In this document: positions 1-10,610 of the stretch, one piece after another
How the letters are laid out: each line of letters opens with the position of its first letter
How positions within the stretch are numbered: the stretch's first letter is position 1
DNA from: Octopus vulgaris
Taxonomy: Eukaryota
Assembly (NCBI GenBank): GCA_951406725.2
Contig: OX597817.1
Span: forward strand, 152,334,001-152,398,000
Direction of reading: 5' to 3'
Length of the DNA stretch: 64,000 nt
Translations under genes and position numbers: made by a program
Notes under the pieces: generated by a model
Told to the model about the DNA's origin: nothing
Seen by the model: only the letters and a program-made list of their open reading frames with translations
Databases searched by the model: none

Positions 1-255
1 TAAATGTTATTAAAGAAATATCAGATATCATCAAGTCAGTCTTTATTTGTCTATAGAGAATTCTGTAGCTAAGTCACAGAGGTCCTCGCATGTTTTCATG
101 GGAGATAATATTTCTGCATGGCCAGACAAGTTTTCACAGAAGATTGGAAACAAAGGACACTGCTTGTATGATGGAAATTACAACTATCTTCAAACTGTTA
201 CAATTACAACTACCACGAGGTATTAAGACAAGAAGACATTAACACACACATACAT

Positions 256-302
<47 letters not shown>

Positions 303-304
303 CA

Positions 305-336
<32 letters not shown>

Positions 337-659
337 CATAAACAAAAATTCTTATAATTATGAGTATAATTATAATTAGGGTTCAGCAAAAAATTTGCTT
401 CACCACATACCAAAATTTAGAACTAGCACCCAAAATTAGCTATATCTCTTCCATAAGAAAATCTCCCAGACAACAATACTCAAACAACCCACATAGGTAA
501 AGAGAAAAAAATAACGAATTCACTCGGTTTAGATTAACTGTGGATGCGTTTCGGAGTTAGATAGCTATGAAAAATGCAAAAACCACATTTCCATTCTATC
601 ATTCTCACTGTGCTAAAATTTTATTTTAGAATTTCTGGGAGCAGCTGTCTTTGAAGACT

Positions 660-847
660 CATATTGTTGTTAAATGCTCGAAATGAGGAGTGGAAGGACA
701 GCCAGCAACTGATGAGGGGTCCTTTTTCTGTGTTTACTTGTCTTGGCTTCCACTTTTTTTCCAATGATTGCATCTTTAACTTGTTTGTTTACGTATTTCA
801 GGTTATTTGCACCGTTGGTGATGTCCTATACCCATATATGCATGTAT

Positions 848-899
<52 letters not shown>

Positions 900-1100
900 T
901 AATAAATAAAATATATGCATACATACAAACATATATGTACGTACCTACATCTACATGTACATATACATGCATATATAAATATATACCTGAGTACAGGACA
1001 CCACAACTAGACGTAGAACTCAACGAGAAACGAAAACGGAAAAACAAGCATGGAACAAACCATTTTTTTACAACAGAAAAACAGAGTACAAGACAAATAT
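660..1100. mobile_element. Two inverted, related microsatellite-associated repeat fragments (Penelope-terminus-like)
   Basis: TGTCCT(A/G)TAC...TATGCATGTATATA occurs on + near 822-850 and on - near 960-998, flanking a (TA)n tract. Confidence 0.35.
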
Positions 1101-1780
1101 ATATATAAATATATATATTTTATTTAATTGAACACAATGCTCCATTTCTAAGTAAGTATATATATATATATATCATCACCATTATTATTATCTTCACTAT
1201 CATCCTAATTCCATGCTGATATGGTTTGGATAGTTTAACACAGATCCAATGAGTCAAGGACTGCATCATACTCCAGAGTCTGCTTTGGCATGGTTGCTAC
1301 AACTGGATGCTTTCTTAATACCAACCACTTTACAGATTGGACTAAATGCATTTTTTGTGCCATGGCACTATTGAGGTTGCCATTTAGCTTCCAAGTTAAC
1401 AAACTCAGGGAGGGAAGATGTTACCTCTGTATGTTAGCTGGTGGTTAAGGTATGAGGAAGAGGTTGGAATAGAGCAGATTCCTGTGAAAGGTTCTAGAAG
1501 TTTTGCCTAACTCTATAAAAACTGGGAAATTGAGCTCCTGAATAGAACAACCTCAGGTGCTACACAAAACTCTATCAGTCAATTTTGTAATAAGGTGTTC
1601 TCATTTTTTCAACTTATTCTGTCTTTAATAACTGTGAAAGATTCTCATGTAAATAACAAAAATATTTTATGCAATGCAAACTTTTAATTATCATTATCTT
1701 CAGTATGTTGTTTTATTCAAATAACTGTTGCACATTTTTAAATGCAAATCTCCCAGGTGTTAAAAAATATATGCTTTTAA

Positions 1781-2001
1781 CCCTTTCTTTACCAACCTGG
1801 CTGAAACCGCCTCTGGCTCTGTAGTACAAGTATCTTGTTTTCATAAGTTTTGAATTAAAATCTTCCACCAAACTTTAGTCACAATTTAAATTCCTAACAA
1901 TAGTTTAATGGTAACTAAGTTATTTTACTAAATTCTTTGTTATATTTAAAATAATTGAAAGAAACACAGAGCATCTCAAAATAAATACAGTAATGAAAGG
2001 G
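1781..2001 (+). mobile_element. piggyBac-type MITE, family 1
   Basis: TTAA|CCCTTTC...GAAAGGG|TTAA; near-identical copies at 20416 and 26141. Confidence 0.85.
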
Positions 2002-2216
2002 TTAATCTCAGGAACTAGACAACATCAACAACAACATTATTGGGATTGCCATTAAATTTATTTACAGATTAAATTTTGAATATCAATAAAGTCAATACAG
2101 ACCTGGTACTCATTCTTGTACATACTGTAGTTAAGTTTCCTGCATAAATAACAAAAAAATTATGAATTAATATATTTATAGATTAGCTGTGTAATTTTAT
2201 GAAATATAAACAAATA

Positions 2217-2592
2217 CAGGTGCAGGAGTGGCTGTGTGGTAAGTAGCTTGCTTAACAACCACATGGATCCAGGTTCAGTCCCACTGCGTGGCACTTTGGG
2301 CAAGTGTCTTCTACTATAGCTTTGGGTCAACCAAAGCCTTGTGAGTGGATTTGGTAGACAGAAACTGAAAGAAGCCTGTCGTATATATGTATGTATGTGT
2401 ATATGTTTGTCCCCACCAACATCGCTTGACAACTGATGCTGGTGCGTTTACGCCCCCGTAACTTAGCAGTTCAGCAAAAGAGACCGATAGAATAAGTACT
2501 AGGCTTAGAAAGAATAAGTCCTGGGGTCAATTTGTTCGACTAAAGGCAGTGCTCCAGCATGGCCGCAGTCAAATGACTGAAACAAGTAAAAA
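2217..2592 (+). mobile_element. tRNA-headed SINE, family A (full length)
   Basis: A-box TGGCTGTGTGG, B-box GGTTCAGTCCC, conserved body, GACTGAAACAAGTAAAA end; many copies in the window. Confidence 0.9.
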
Positions 2593-3422
2593 GAACTGCA
2601 AAAACAAATATCACAAGCTAATGTGGTTGTTTGACCTGCTAGAAATAGCAGTCAATTCTTCACTTTACACCTTGCTGTCTTTTAAAAAGGGGCAATATAT
2701 GAAAGGTGTCTGGATAAAAAAGGTGGGGGTGGTGTGGCTGGAATGCTTTTTCTCTTAGATGTGATAGATCAGAACTCTTTTTGGATTAAACATGAACAAC
2801 AAGAAACATCAGTAAACAGGTAAGAAATATTTTGTTGGCATATGAGATAAAGGTAAATGAGGTCATGCTTAATGAGAAATATGGAGTGGAAAGCAAACAG
2901 CGACTAGGATGTATGAAGTAAGACATTGAAATAATATTTTAAAAATGCTTAGGTGATCAACTACATAAAACAAAGATGTTTTGCAGCTTGAAGCTAATTA
3001 GTTTGGCATTTGATCACAAGTTTATTTGATCAGTTCACCTAAGCCTAAACAATAACAATTCAATTAGATTTATTATTGGCTTATATTGGTCTGAACAGCA
3101 GATATGCTTACATTATAAACAGACTGAGAGAGGGAGAAAAAGATAGAGAGAGAGAGAGCATGTGTGTGTATGTGTGTGTGAGAGATATAAGATATAAGAA
3201 CTGGATTCTAAGACTCAAGTGGAACCCAGCTATCAGGTTATACAGTTATTTAAATTCCAAAGTATTTGAACAGGACCATGCAACTGTGAATACGGTTTCT
3301 ATACATCCAGAGGTTTTGAGGCAACCTTCCTACAGTCTGAAGTTATAGTCTTCTCTCTTCTGTGCATTGTAGTATGTTTATAGTGTATGCAACTACATAT
3401 ACATACATAAGTACAAGTACAG

Positions 3423-3483
<61 letters not shown>

Positions 3484-3488
<5 letters not shown>

Positions 3489-4063
3489 GAAATATTAAAA
3501 TTACTAAGTCTCTCTAAAAGAGATTACGGCAGCGTTACTGGAAATTAATTGTTATCGCCATATTAATATGGCAGTCTTATAGATATAAGACTAAAAGCTG
3601 TCACTGATTAGCTCCATGAGGCCATCGCCTTAAGATGGCTATTTGACACACAAACTGTGTCCATTATAACCTTCGAACAAGGGAGGTCAGCCGCTTCACG
3701 CTGCCAGTCAGACAGCTACAGACGCATTTCAGGGTATATGCCCTTTGTCAATGTAGCGTAGTCAACCCAGGTGTGGCCACTGATCGTCTCTGTTCGAAGG
3801 TTTTATTTACCTAGTTTCGGTGGAATACATCCACTTGTTTTCAATAATAGAAATATTAAAATTACTAAGTCTCTCTAAAACCTGAAACGCGTCTGTAGCT
3901 GTCTGACTGGCAGTGTGAAGCGGCTGACCTCCCTTGTTCGAAGGTTATAATGGACACAGTTTGTGTGTCAAATAGCTATCTTAAGCCTCATGGAGCTAAT
4001 CAGTGACAGCTTTTAGTCTTATATCTATAAGACTGCCATATTAATATGGCGATAACAATTAAT
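3484..4063. mobile_element. Penelope-like (pseudo-LTR) fold-back remnant embedded in (TA)n
   Basis: Inverted arms 3544-3733 and 3881-4063, a 36-bp direct repeat at 3484-3519 and 3845-3880, TA microsatellite on both sides, and a hammerhead motif. Inverted pLTRs with hammerheads are typical of Penelope-like elements. Confidence 0.6.
3711..3763 (-). ncRNA. Type I minimal hammerhead ribozyme motif, U3:A8 core variant
   Basis: Minus strand: GAC-TAC-GCTACA [TTGACAA] AGGG-CATATA-CCCT [GAAA] TGCG [TC] TGTAGC-T-GTC. Stem I GCTACA/TGTAGC with a GAC/GTC extension, stem II AGGG/CCCT, minimal stem III, GUC cleavage triplet. Confidence 0.7.
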
Positions 4064-4565
4064 ATATATATATATATATATATAAATGTTTACATTGAAG
4101 TTAATGAGATAATTCTGAGTGGTTTATGAAACAGCTGTAACCTATTCAGAAGTATTAAAATTCTTCTTGCCTTTTACTTCTTGTTTTATATGTGGATACA
4201 GAAAAGGCTGCATAGTTAAGAAGTTTAATTCATAACCACTTCCCATTTTTTTCAGGGTCAATTCCACTGTGTGGCACCTTGGGTACTTTCCACTATAGCT
4301 CTGGGTTGACATGAGGGAATTTAGTAGATGGAAACTGTAGGAAGTTCACTGTGTGTGTGTGTGAATGTGCATGAATGTCTATGTTCCATGCATGTCACTA
4401 CAACAGGTTTACTCTTTTCTTTGAAAGATGTGTGCAATAAAGATACATCTTTATTGAAAAAAAAGGCAAGGGTTGGCAACATTAAGAATGTCCAGCCATA
4501 AAATCCAGCCTCAACTCTTCCATCTAAACTCATGCTAATGGACATTAAACAAATGAACTAACATA

Positions 4566-4921
4566 TTCTTTTATTTGTTTCAGTCATTTGACTGCAGCCA
4601 TGCTGGAACACCGCCTTTAGTTGAGCAAATCGACCCCAGGACTTATTCTTTGTAAGCCTAGTACTTATTCTATCGGTCTCTTTTGCCGAACTGCTAGCTG
4701 ACGGGGATGTAAACACACCAGCATCAGTTGTCAAGCGATGTTGGGGGGACAAACATAGACACACAAACATATACATACACATATATATATATATATCGAC
4801 GAGCTTCTTTCAGTTTCCGTCTACCAAATCTACTCACAAGGCTTTGGTCGGCCCGAGGCTATAGTAGAAGACACTTGCCCAAGGTGCCACACAGTGGGAC
4901 TGAACCCAGAACCATGTGGTT
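4566..4921 (-). mobile_element. SINE family A (5'-truncated)
   Basis: Reverse complement of 2217-2592. Confidence 0.9.
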
Positions 4922-4929
4922 CCGCATCA

Positions 4930-5360
4930 TAATCTGTAGAAATCTATAGTAGCAGAGTGGTATCTAAGAGTTCAGAAAAGGTCATTTGGAAGGTCTCCAC
5001 AATGATGGAAAGACGATCCGATTAAATGATCTGGACCAAGATGGAAAAGAAGGGCACAAGGGCACAATCAAGAAAGAGTTGGAAGCCCATTGTGACCAGC
5101 AGTATATAACATCTGATAGTCTGCTTGATACTGGTGATGGATATATACATGATTTTGTTTCTTCCCCCAGCCAACTGATGTTGCCTGAACAGGTGCAAGG
5201 TGTACCACATATCAGATGTCGAAATGAATCACAGAGCAACATGAGATAAAGTGCCTTGAACTCCCCTGTTATGGCCTGGAGTACAATGATGAACAGGTGG
5301 GGACTGAGAACCAAACCCTGATTAATGCCTTGCTGTACACTTAATTCATCACTGTACTCG
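4930..5360 (-). mobile_element. RTE LINE fragment
   Basis: Includes QGLVLSPHLFIIVLQAITGEF (RT motif). Confidence 0.6.
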
Positions 5361-5894
5361 TGGTTACTGACAAAACCTCTGTGCCAAAACGGATAGTGAA
5401 GCCTAGTGCAGGCTTCTGTCTAGCTAGCCCCATGTCAAACCGTCCAACCCATGCCAGCATGGAAAATGGACATTAAATGATGATGATGATGATACACACA
5501 CATACATATGCACACACACACCACACCACTAGGGTTGCTCAAAGCCATCCATATCAAAAATAACAGTTAAGTTGGTGTTAGCATACTTCATCGAGTGAGC
5601 ATAAAATAGCTAATGGGGATAACTTATGTGATGAGGAAAAGACAATATTGACTCAACGACTTGTATTTTTTAAAATTATTGAGCTAATATTGTCTATTTA
5701 ATAAGTATTTAATATTCACTATAGTAAATATGTTAGCACTAAGATATAAAGTTTACTGATTAGTGAAGTGAGAAATGTAGATAAGAGATAAGAACACAAT
5801 CAAATGAGATTAACTAAGACAGGGAATGTCCCTTCTGACACAGGCAAACATTAAAGAATTATTTATTATTATCACTACTACTGCTACTATTATT

Positions 5895-6042
5895 AGGCAG
5901 TGAGCTGGCAGAAACGTTAGCATGCCGGGCGAAATGCTTAACGGTATTTCGTCTGCCTTTACGTTCTAAGTTCAAATTCCACCAAGATCACTTTGCCTTT
6001 TATCCTTTCGGGGCTGATAAATTAAGTACCAGTTACACACTG
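5895..6042 (+). mobile_element. SINE family B (partial)
   Basis: GGCAGTGAGCTGGCAGAAACGTTAGC head; GCCTTT..ATCCTTTCGGGG..GATAAATTAAGTACCAG central domain. Confidence 0.85.
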
Positions 6043-6336
6043 CACTCCTCTCTGAAAGAGAGAGAGAGAGCATCCCTTCATTGCCAGGAAAATTTATAGC
6101 TCCATGAATGATTTTTTTCCTCTACCCTTGCACTAGCAACTATATGCTTTCAGAAACTCACCCTCTGCAGCTCATTAAATCATATATTTCTAAGGAGTCT
6201 TCCCCATCCAGGCATTTAACAAATTTACTTTATATGTACTCTGAGTACTAACTTCTCATGTATAAAGTCTACCTTCCCCTTCCATGTCAACCTACCTGTG
6301 ATCCTGTTATATTTTTAATGCATCCATAGTTTACAC

Positions 6337-6482
6337 CAGTGGTTTCCAAACTTTTCACTACCAAAGACCCCTTTTATTTAAATGAGTTTTCCCATGGACC
6401 CCAGGATAGTGAAAGGTCTGTCAGCTTAACCTGTTCATGGACCCCCAGTACTACCTTTGCAGATCACAAGTTGGGAACCATG
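6337..6482. mobile_element. hAT (Charlie-like) MITE
   Basis: CAGTGGTTTCCAAAC...GTTGGGAACCATG termini; 8-bp TSD GTTTACAC (6329-6336 and 6483-6490). Confidence 0.8.
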
Positions 6483-6529
6483 GTTTACACCATAAAGAAT
6501 CCCTAACAAATGTTTTTCCTACATATCAA

Positions 6530-7780
6530 ACATGGCCACTTAGGGGTTCTGCCTCCTTTCTTACAACCTAAAACTTTAGCCTTTACTACATTTACTCTCA
6601 GGCCTCTTAGTCCTAGGTTTTGCTTTCATTGCCTCTCAATATCTTTGACTGATTTAGCTATGATGGCTAGGTCACTGGTATACAAGAATTCCCACTAGCA
6701 ACAGGACTCAAACTCCTCTGATCTAGCTTAGGGAACTATGGTAAAATTATAAACAGAAAGGAACTGAGGACTGTGCTCTGAGTTACACCAACCAGCAGGC
6801 TAAATTCTTTGCTGAATTCATTCATAACTCGTTTTGGTGAAGGCATCTCTGTACATGCATGGTCTTCACAAACCATTTTCTAAGTGACCAACAAACAAGC
6901 ATAAAATCCTGTCAAAAACATTCTACCGGTGTACAAAAGCTAGGTATAGGGGCTAACACTTTGTTACGTACTTCTCTTGTGGTTGTCTTACTAAGAAGAG
7001 GGCATCAATAGTACTCCAGCATGGTGCTACCGTCTTTCAGGAACTTTCATAACCTGGTCCATCAATTTAGCACTTCTGTAGTTATTTCACTCTAAAGCAT
7101 CTCCTTTCACTTTGTAATTTTTTTTATTACGACTGCTCTGACAGTCACTGAGTATGGACACCTTGTACTATCTGACTGACTACGCCAGCGACCAGTGCAT
7201 TAACCACACCAACTGTTTAAAAAGTACCTCAGTGACTATCCTTGCTAGGTCAATTGCGTTCTCCTGCGCAATATTTTTAATCATACCTTCGACAGCATAT
7301 CTGTCAACTTCAGTGGCTATTCCTTTTGTCGGTCTGTTTGGAGTAAACTGTCTTTCATTCATGCACTCTTATCACTCAACAACTTGTTTTCATAGCATTT
7401 CCAGGGTTCTGTCTTTTTGGTGTCAGAGAAGGCTTACATACTACTATCATTTCATGCACACTGCTAAACAGCTCGATTCTATCCGGTACACTGCTTTGCA
7501 ATCCAGAACGTTTCACACTTCAGATCTTCACCTCGCAGAACATGTGCATGCCTCCAACTTTTGGCTTTTCACATCGCTATGATTATCGACGTTGAGCTTC
7601 TCTTCTAGCTACTTAATACCGTTATTTGCTCCCCAACGTTTATCCAGTTTTTGCAGGCCTGTACCTTAGCTTTTAAGGTTCTACCTATACTACTATTCCA
7701 CCACCGTGTCACTCACCTCCCATTTTGCATCGACCACAGATCCATGGTCTGTACCTTCAGCAGGTCTTTCTATCTATCTT
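6530..7780 (-). mobile_element. Degenerate RTE LINE fragment
   Basis: Minus-strand similarity to the RT region of the 10611-13392 element. Confidence 0.6.
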
Positions 7781-7805
7781 TACATTTCATTTATAATATA
7801 TATAT

Positions 7806-8023
7806 ATCGTGAAATATTATTTTTGCCGCTTAAATGTGGCTAACCCCTAAGGGTAGATGCTACCGTAGCTTATAGCCCCAGGAGGACACATCCAGCTGGC
7901 TATTGTCCTCCTGGGGCTACAAGCTACAGTAGCATCCACCCTTGGGGGTTAGCCACATTTAAGTGGCAAAAATACTTCACGATGTGTTGCAGCTACTGTT
8001 TATACCTCGCTCAAAGATTTATT
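7806..8023. mobile_element. Fold-back element between (TA)n tracts
   Basis: Arms 7806-7888 and 7904-7983 are near reverse complements with a 15-nt loop. A diverged fragment of the same family lies at ~37370-37450. Confidence 0.65.
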
Positions 8024-8200
8024 ATATATATATAAAGCATATATAAATTCATAACTGTAGCACTGTACGAGACTATATGTCAATACATAATTGTACGCGC
8101 GCGCACTGTAACTACGGCGAAATTGTCACTGTCGCATAAAACGAAAAATTGCAGCGACAAGCTAAATATAAAAAAGAAAGCTGACAGCTAGACAAGTTAC

Positions 8201-8340
8201 CTGTTGCATTAGATTTTCAAAATATCCCTGCTATTCGCTGGTGAAAAGCTTTAGTGGAGTGTAAATTCTGTTTAATCCTCGATACTATTAACGCTTTCCA
8301 TGTAAATAATCCGAGTCGAAGTGCTTTTGGTAGTTGTGGC
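8201..8340 (-). other. Possible first (5'UTR/start) exon of a minus-strand gene
   Basis: Minus strand reads ...ATG CAA CAG|GTAACT with the donor at 8200, inside a non-repetitive, CpG-retaining region (~8050-8600). No partner exon was identified. Confidence 0.25.
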
Positions 8341-8610
8341 GATAATCATAAACAACTAAAAGTAGGACAGTTTTAGGAGATCGGTGCTTAAGGGAGATAA
8401 CTATAGTTAGAGAAAATACAAACGGTAGCTTCTAATTAGTCAGATTATTTTTTTTTCACATAGAGTTCAGGTTAACGAAGTAACCACACGGCTAAGCTCA
8501 CAAAAGAACTGTTGTAGATATTGTCTGATTTATAAGCCAAATAAAGCAATAATCTATAATATCGACACAGTGTGTCTCTTTAATAGATTTATTAACAGCA
8601 AATAATTAGC

Positions 8611-8906
8611 GGTACTATTTGAGAACAGTGGTCCCGGTGCGCGCACTCGCGTAGTCGCGCATCTGCGCTAGCTAGTTGTGACTAGTGGATCCTACAACGA
8701 CTACCTAGCAAAGTAAATAAAACACAAAATAAATAATTTTTTTTTACACAAAGTAAATAATTTTTGTTAAACAAACTAAATAAAACACAAAGTAAATGAT
8801 TGCTTAAACAAAGTAAATAACACACACAAACACAAAGTAAGGATCGATTAGGAATGACTAGCTAGCGCGGATGCGCGCACCGGGACCACTGTTCTCAAGT
8901 AGTACC
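8611..8906. mobile_element. MITE, probably Merlin superfamily
   Basis: ~35-bp TIRs GGTACTA(T/C)TTGAGAACAGTGGTCCCGGTGCGCGCA; exact 8-bp TSD TAATTAGC (8603-8610 and 8907-8914); GG termini; internal ACAAAGTAAAT repeats. Confidence 0.75.
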
Positions 8907-10440
8907 TAATTAGCTATCTTTAGAATCGAGAAAGTAAAGAGATTAAACAGATCAATGAATTTTGAACAGTGTTTCTCCACGTACTATTTCCTAAGACATC
9001 TGTAACTTAGCTGGAACATCGATATTTTGGTTACTTGGTTAGGCTAGTTTAAGCTGCTTGCTGCTTCTCATATAAAACTAAGTCGATTTTAGGTTTTCTA
9101 TAAGATCATTTATTTATTCATAAACATAATGATCCCAAAGGTTACTGCTGGCTATATAGCTGATTACCTGTAGAATTATGTATGTTGCGTTTAGCTAAGA
9201 ATTAGCTTGCTAATGATTCGTGTGGCGAGAGGCGAGAAAGTTCAGTGTTCAAGATAGACAAATGATTCTTTTTAACCCGAGATCGAGCAGCGATCAAAAA
9301 TTCTGTCCTCCAAAACCTCTGCTCTGATTGTGTGACGCATGACCGAATAAATTTCCATTCGAAATCATTAAGACCGAATGACCACAGTAGAAACACCATG
9401 GGCTAACAATTAAGCTATGATCCCTTGATATGCTATGGCCTATTTCTCGTTGCTGAGCCAACGTAATTTCAAATCTAAATTTTGCTGCACATTTTTTCTT
9501 TGTGTATCAGAGGGTACAAGCAGAGAAGGTTCCACAGAAGAGAGGCTCTCCGCTAGATAATACAGAGATTCAAAAACTAATTTGACCCAATCGGCTGACT
9601 CACAATCCCATATCCTTTCTTCCCTAACTTTATTAACGGTGCTTCAACACAATTCCACAAAACCAGCAGCAATTTCCTCTTCCTCTCCACCACCAGGATC
9701 TCTAAGAGTCTATTAAAACGAACCAGAATACGTCGACTGAATAATACCATACCATAGCTGAACATCTATTCAAACTTCATCCAAGTTACTCCCAATAAAC
9801 AAATCAAATTTCTAATTCCTTTCTAAACCTCTATCCGTAATCTCTCCTTACTAATCACTATAAATTATTCTTGAAAGACGGATTCTGCAGTGGGGATCCA
9901 GAATTGTTTTGAGGGATGTTGTCCACAAGTTTCGGGAGGGGGGGACACTCTGTAAGGTGGGGATTGCAATTCATAACAAATGAACACATTTCTATATATT
10001 CTAACATTGTTGTAGCAGACCATATGCCTTGATCTCGATTTTTTCGGTGTCAGCTCGGCTAGAAAGGGTGTTGCCCAGGCAACTAGGGCAACACTACAGC
10101 ATTCACCACTGCTCTGTATGTATATAGTTTCTCGTGTCAGACCAAAACGGTTCCAGCCACTCTATCTCAAATTTTATTTCTGTCAAGTTTTTTTAATATT
10201 TGCTAATTTGAAAAGCACAGGTATAGGAACAAGAATCAAATGGCAGTAAACTGCAAATTTCTATCTCGCCGTAGCAGAAAAACAACCAACAGCAGAACGT
10301 ATGGAGAACAGGTAACAAAACACCTTGGATGGAGAGTAAGGCATTTGTCACCCCCCACCTCCAGGCTGACTCTCTAGGCCTCCATACTGGATACCACGTG
10401 GTGTGTGAGAGTACAACATGATCATCAAAATTTACCAATA

Positions 10441-10610
10441 TTCTTTTATTTGTTTCAGTCATTTCACTGCTATCATGCTGGAGCACTGCCTTTAGTCAAA
10501 CAAATTGACCCCAGGACTTTTTCTGTCGGTCTTTTTTACCGAACTGCTAAATTATGAGGATGTAAACACACCAACATCGGATGTCAAGCGATGGTGGGGG
10601 GACAAATACA
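10441..10610 (-). mobile_element. SINE family A 3' half (head at ~13393-13505, split by the RTE)
   Basis: Similar to the family A tail. Confidence 0.75.

Noticed and set aside
670-825. Minus-strand 51-codon open frame (DITNGANNLKYVNKQ...) as a possible exon
   Set aside because: Weak acceptor, no recognisable protein, and it lies within a microsatellite-associated repeat.
210-1108. ORFs rich in YI/CV/HT repeats (also ~29.4-30.8 kb, 33.8 kb, 44.4 kb, 49.1-49.6 kb, 52-57.7 kb)
   Set aside because: Translations of (TA)n, (CA)n and (TACA)n microsatellites.
2217-2295. tRNA genes at SINE heads (also ~40398 and ~52473)
   Set aside because: A/B boxes are present but continue into SINE bodies, with no convincing cloverleaf or terminator.
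9888-10110. CAGTGG...CCACTG-bounded segment with a GTGTTGCCC/GGGCAACAC hairpin
   Set aside because: Probably a decayed MITE, but there is no clear TSD or second copy to support a call.
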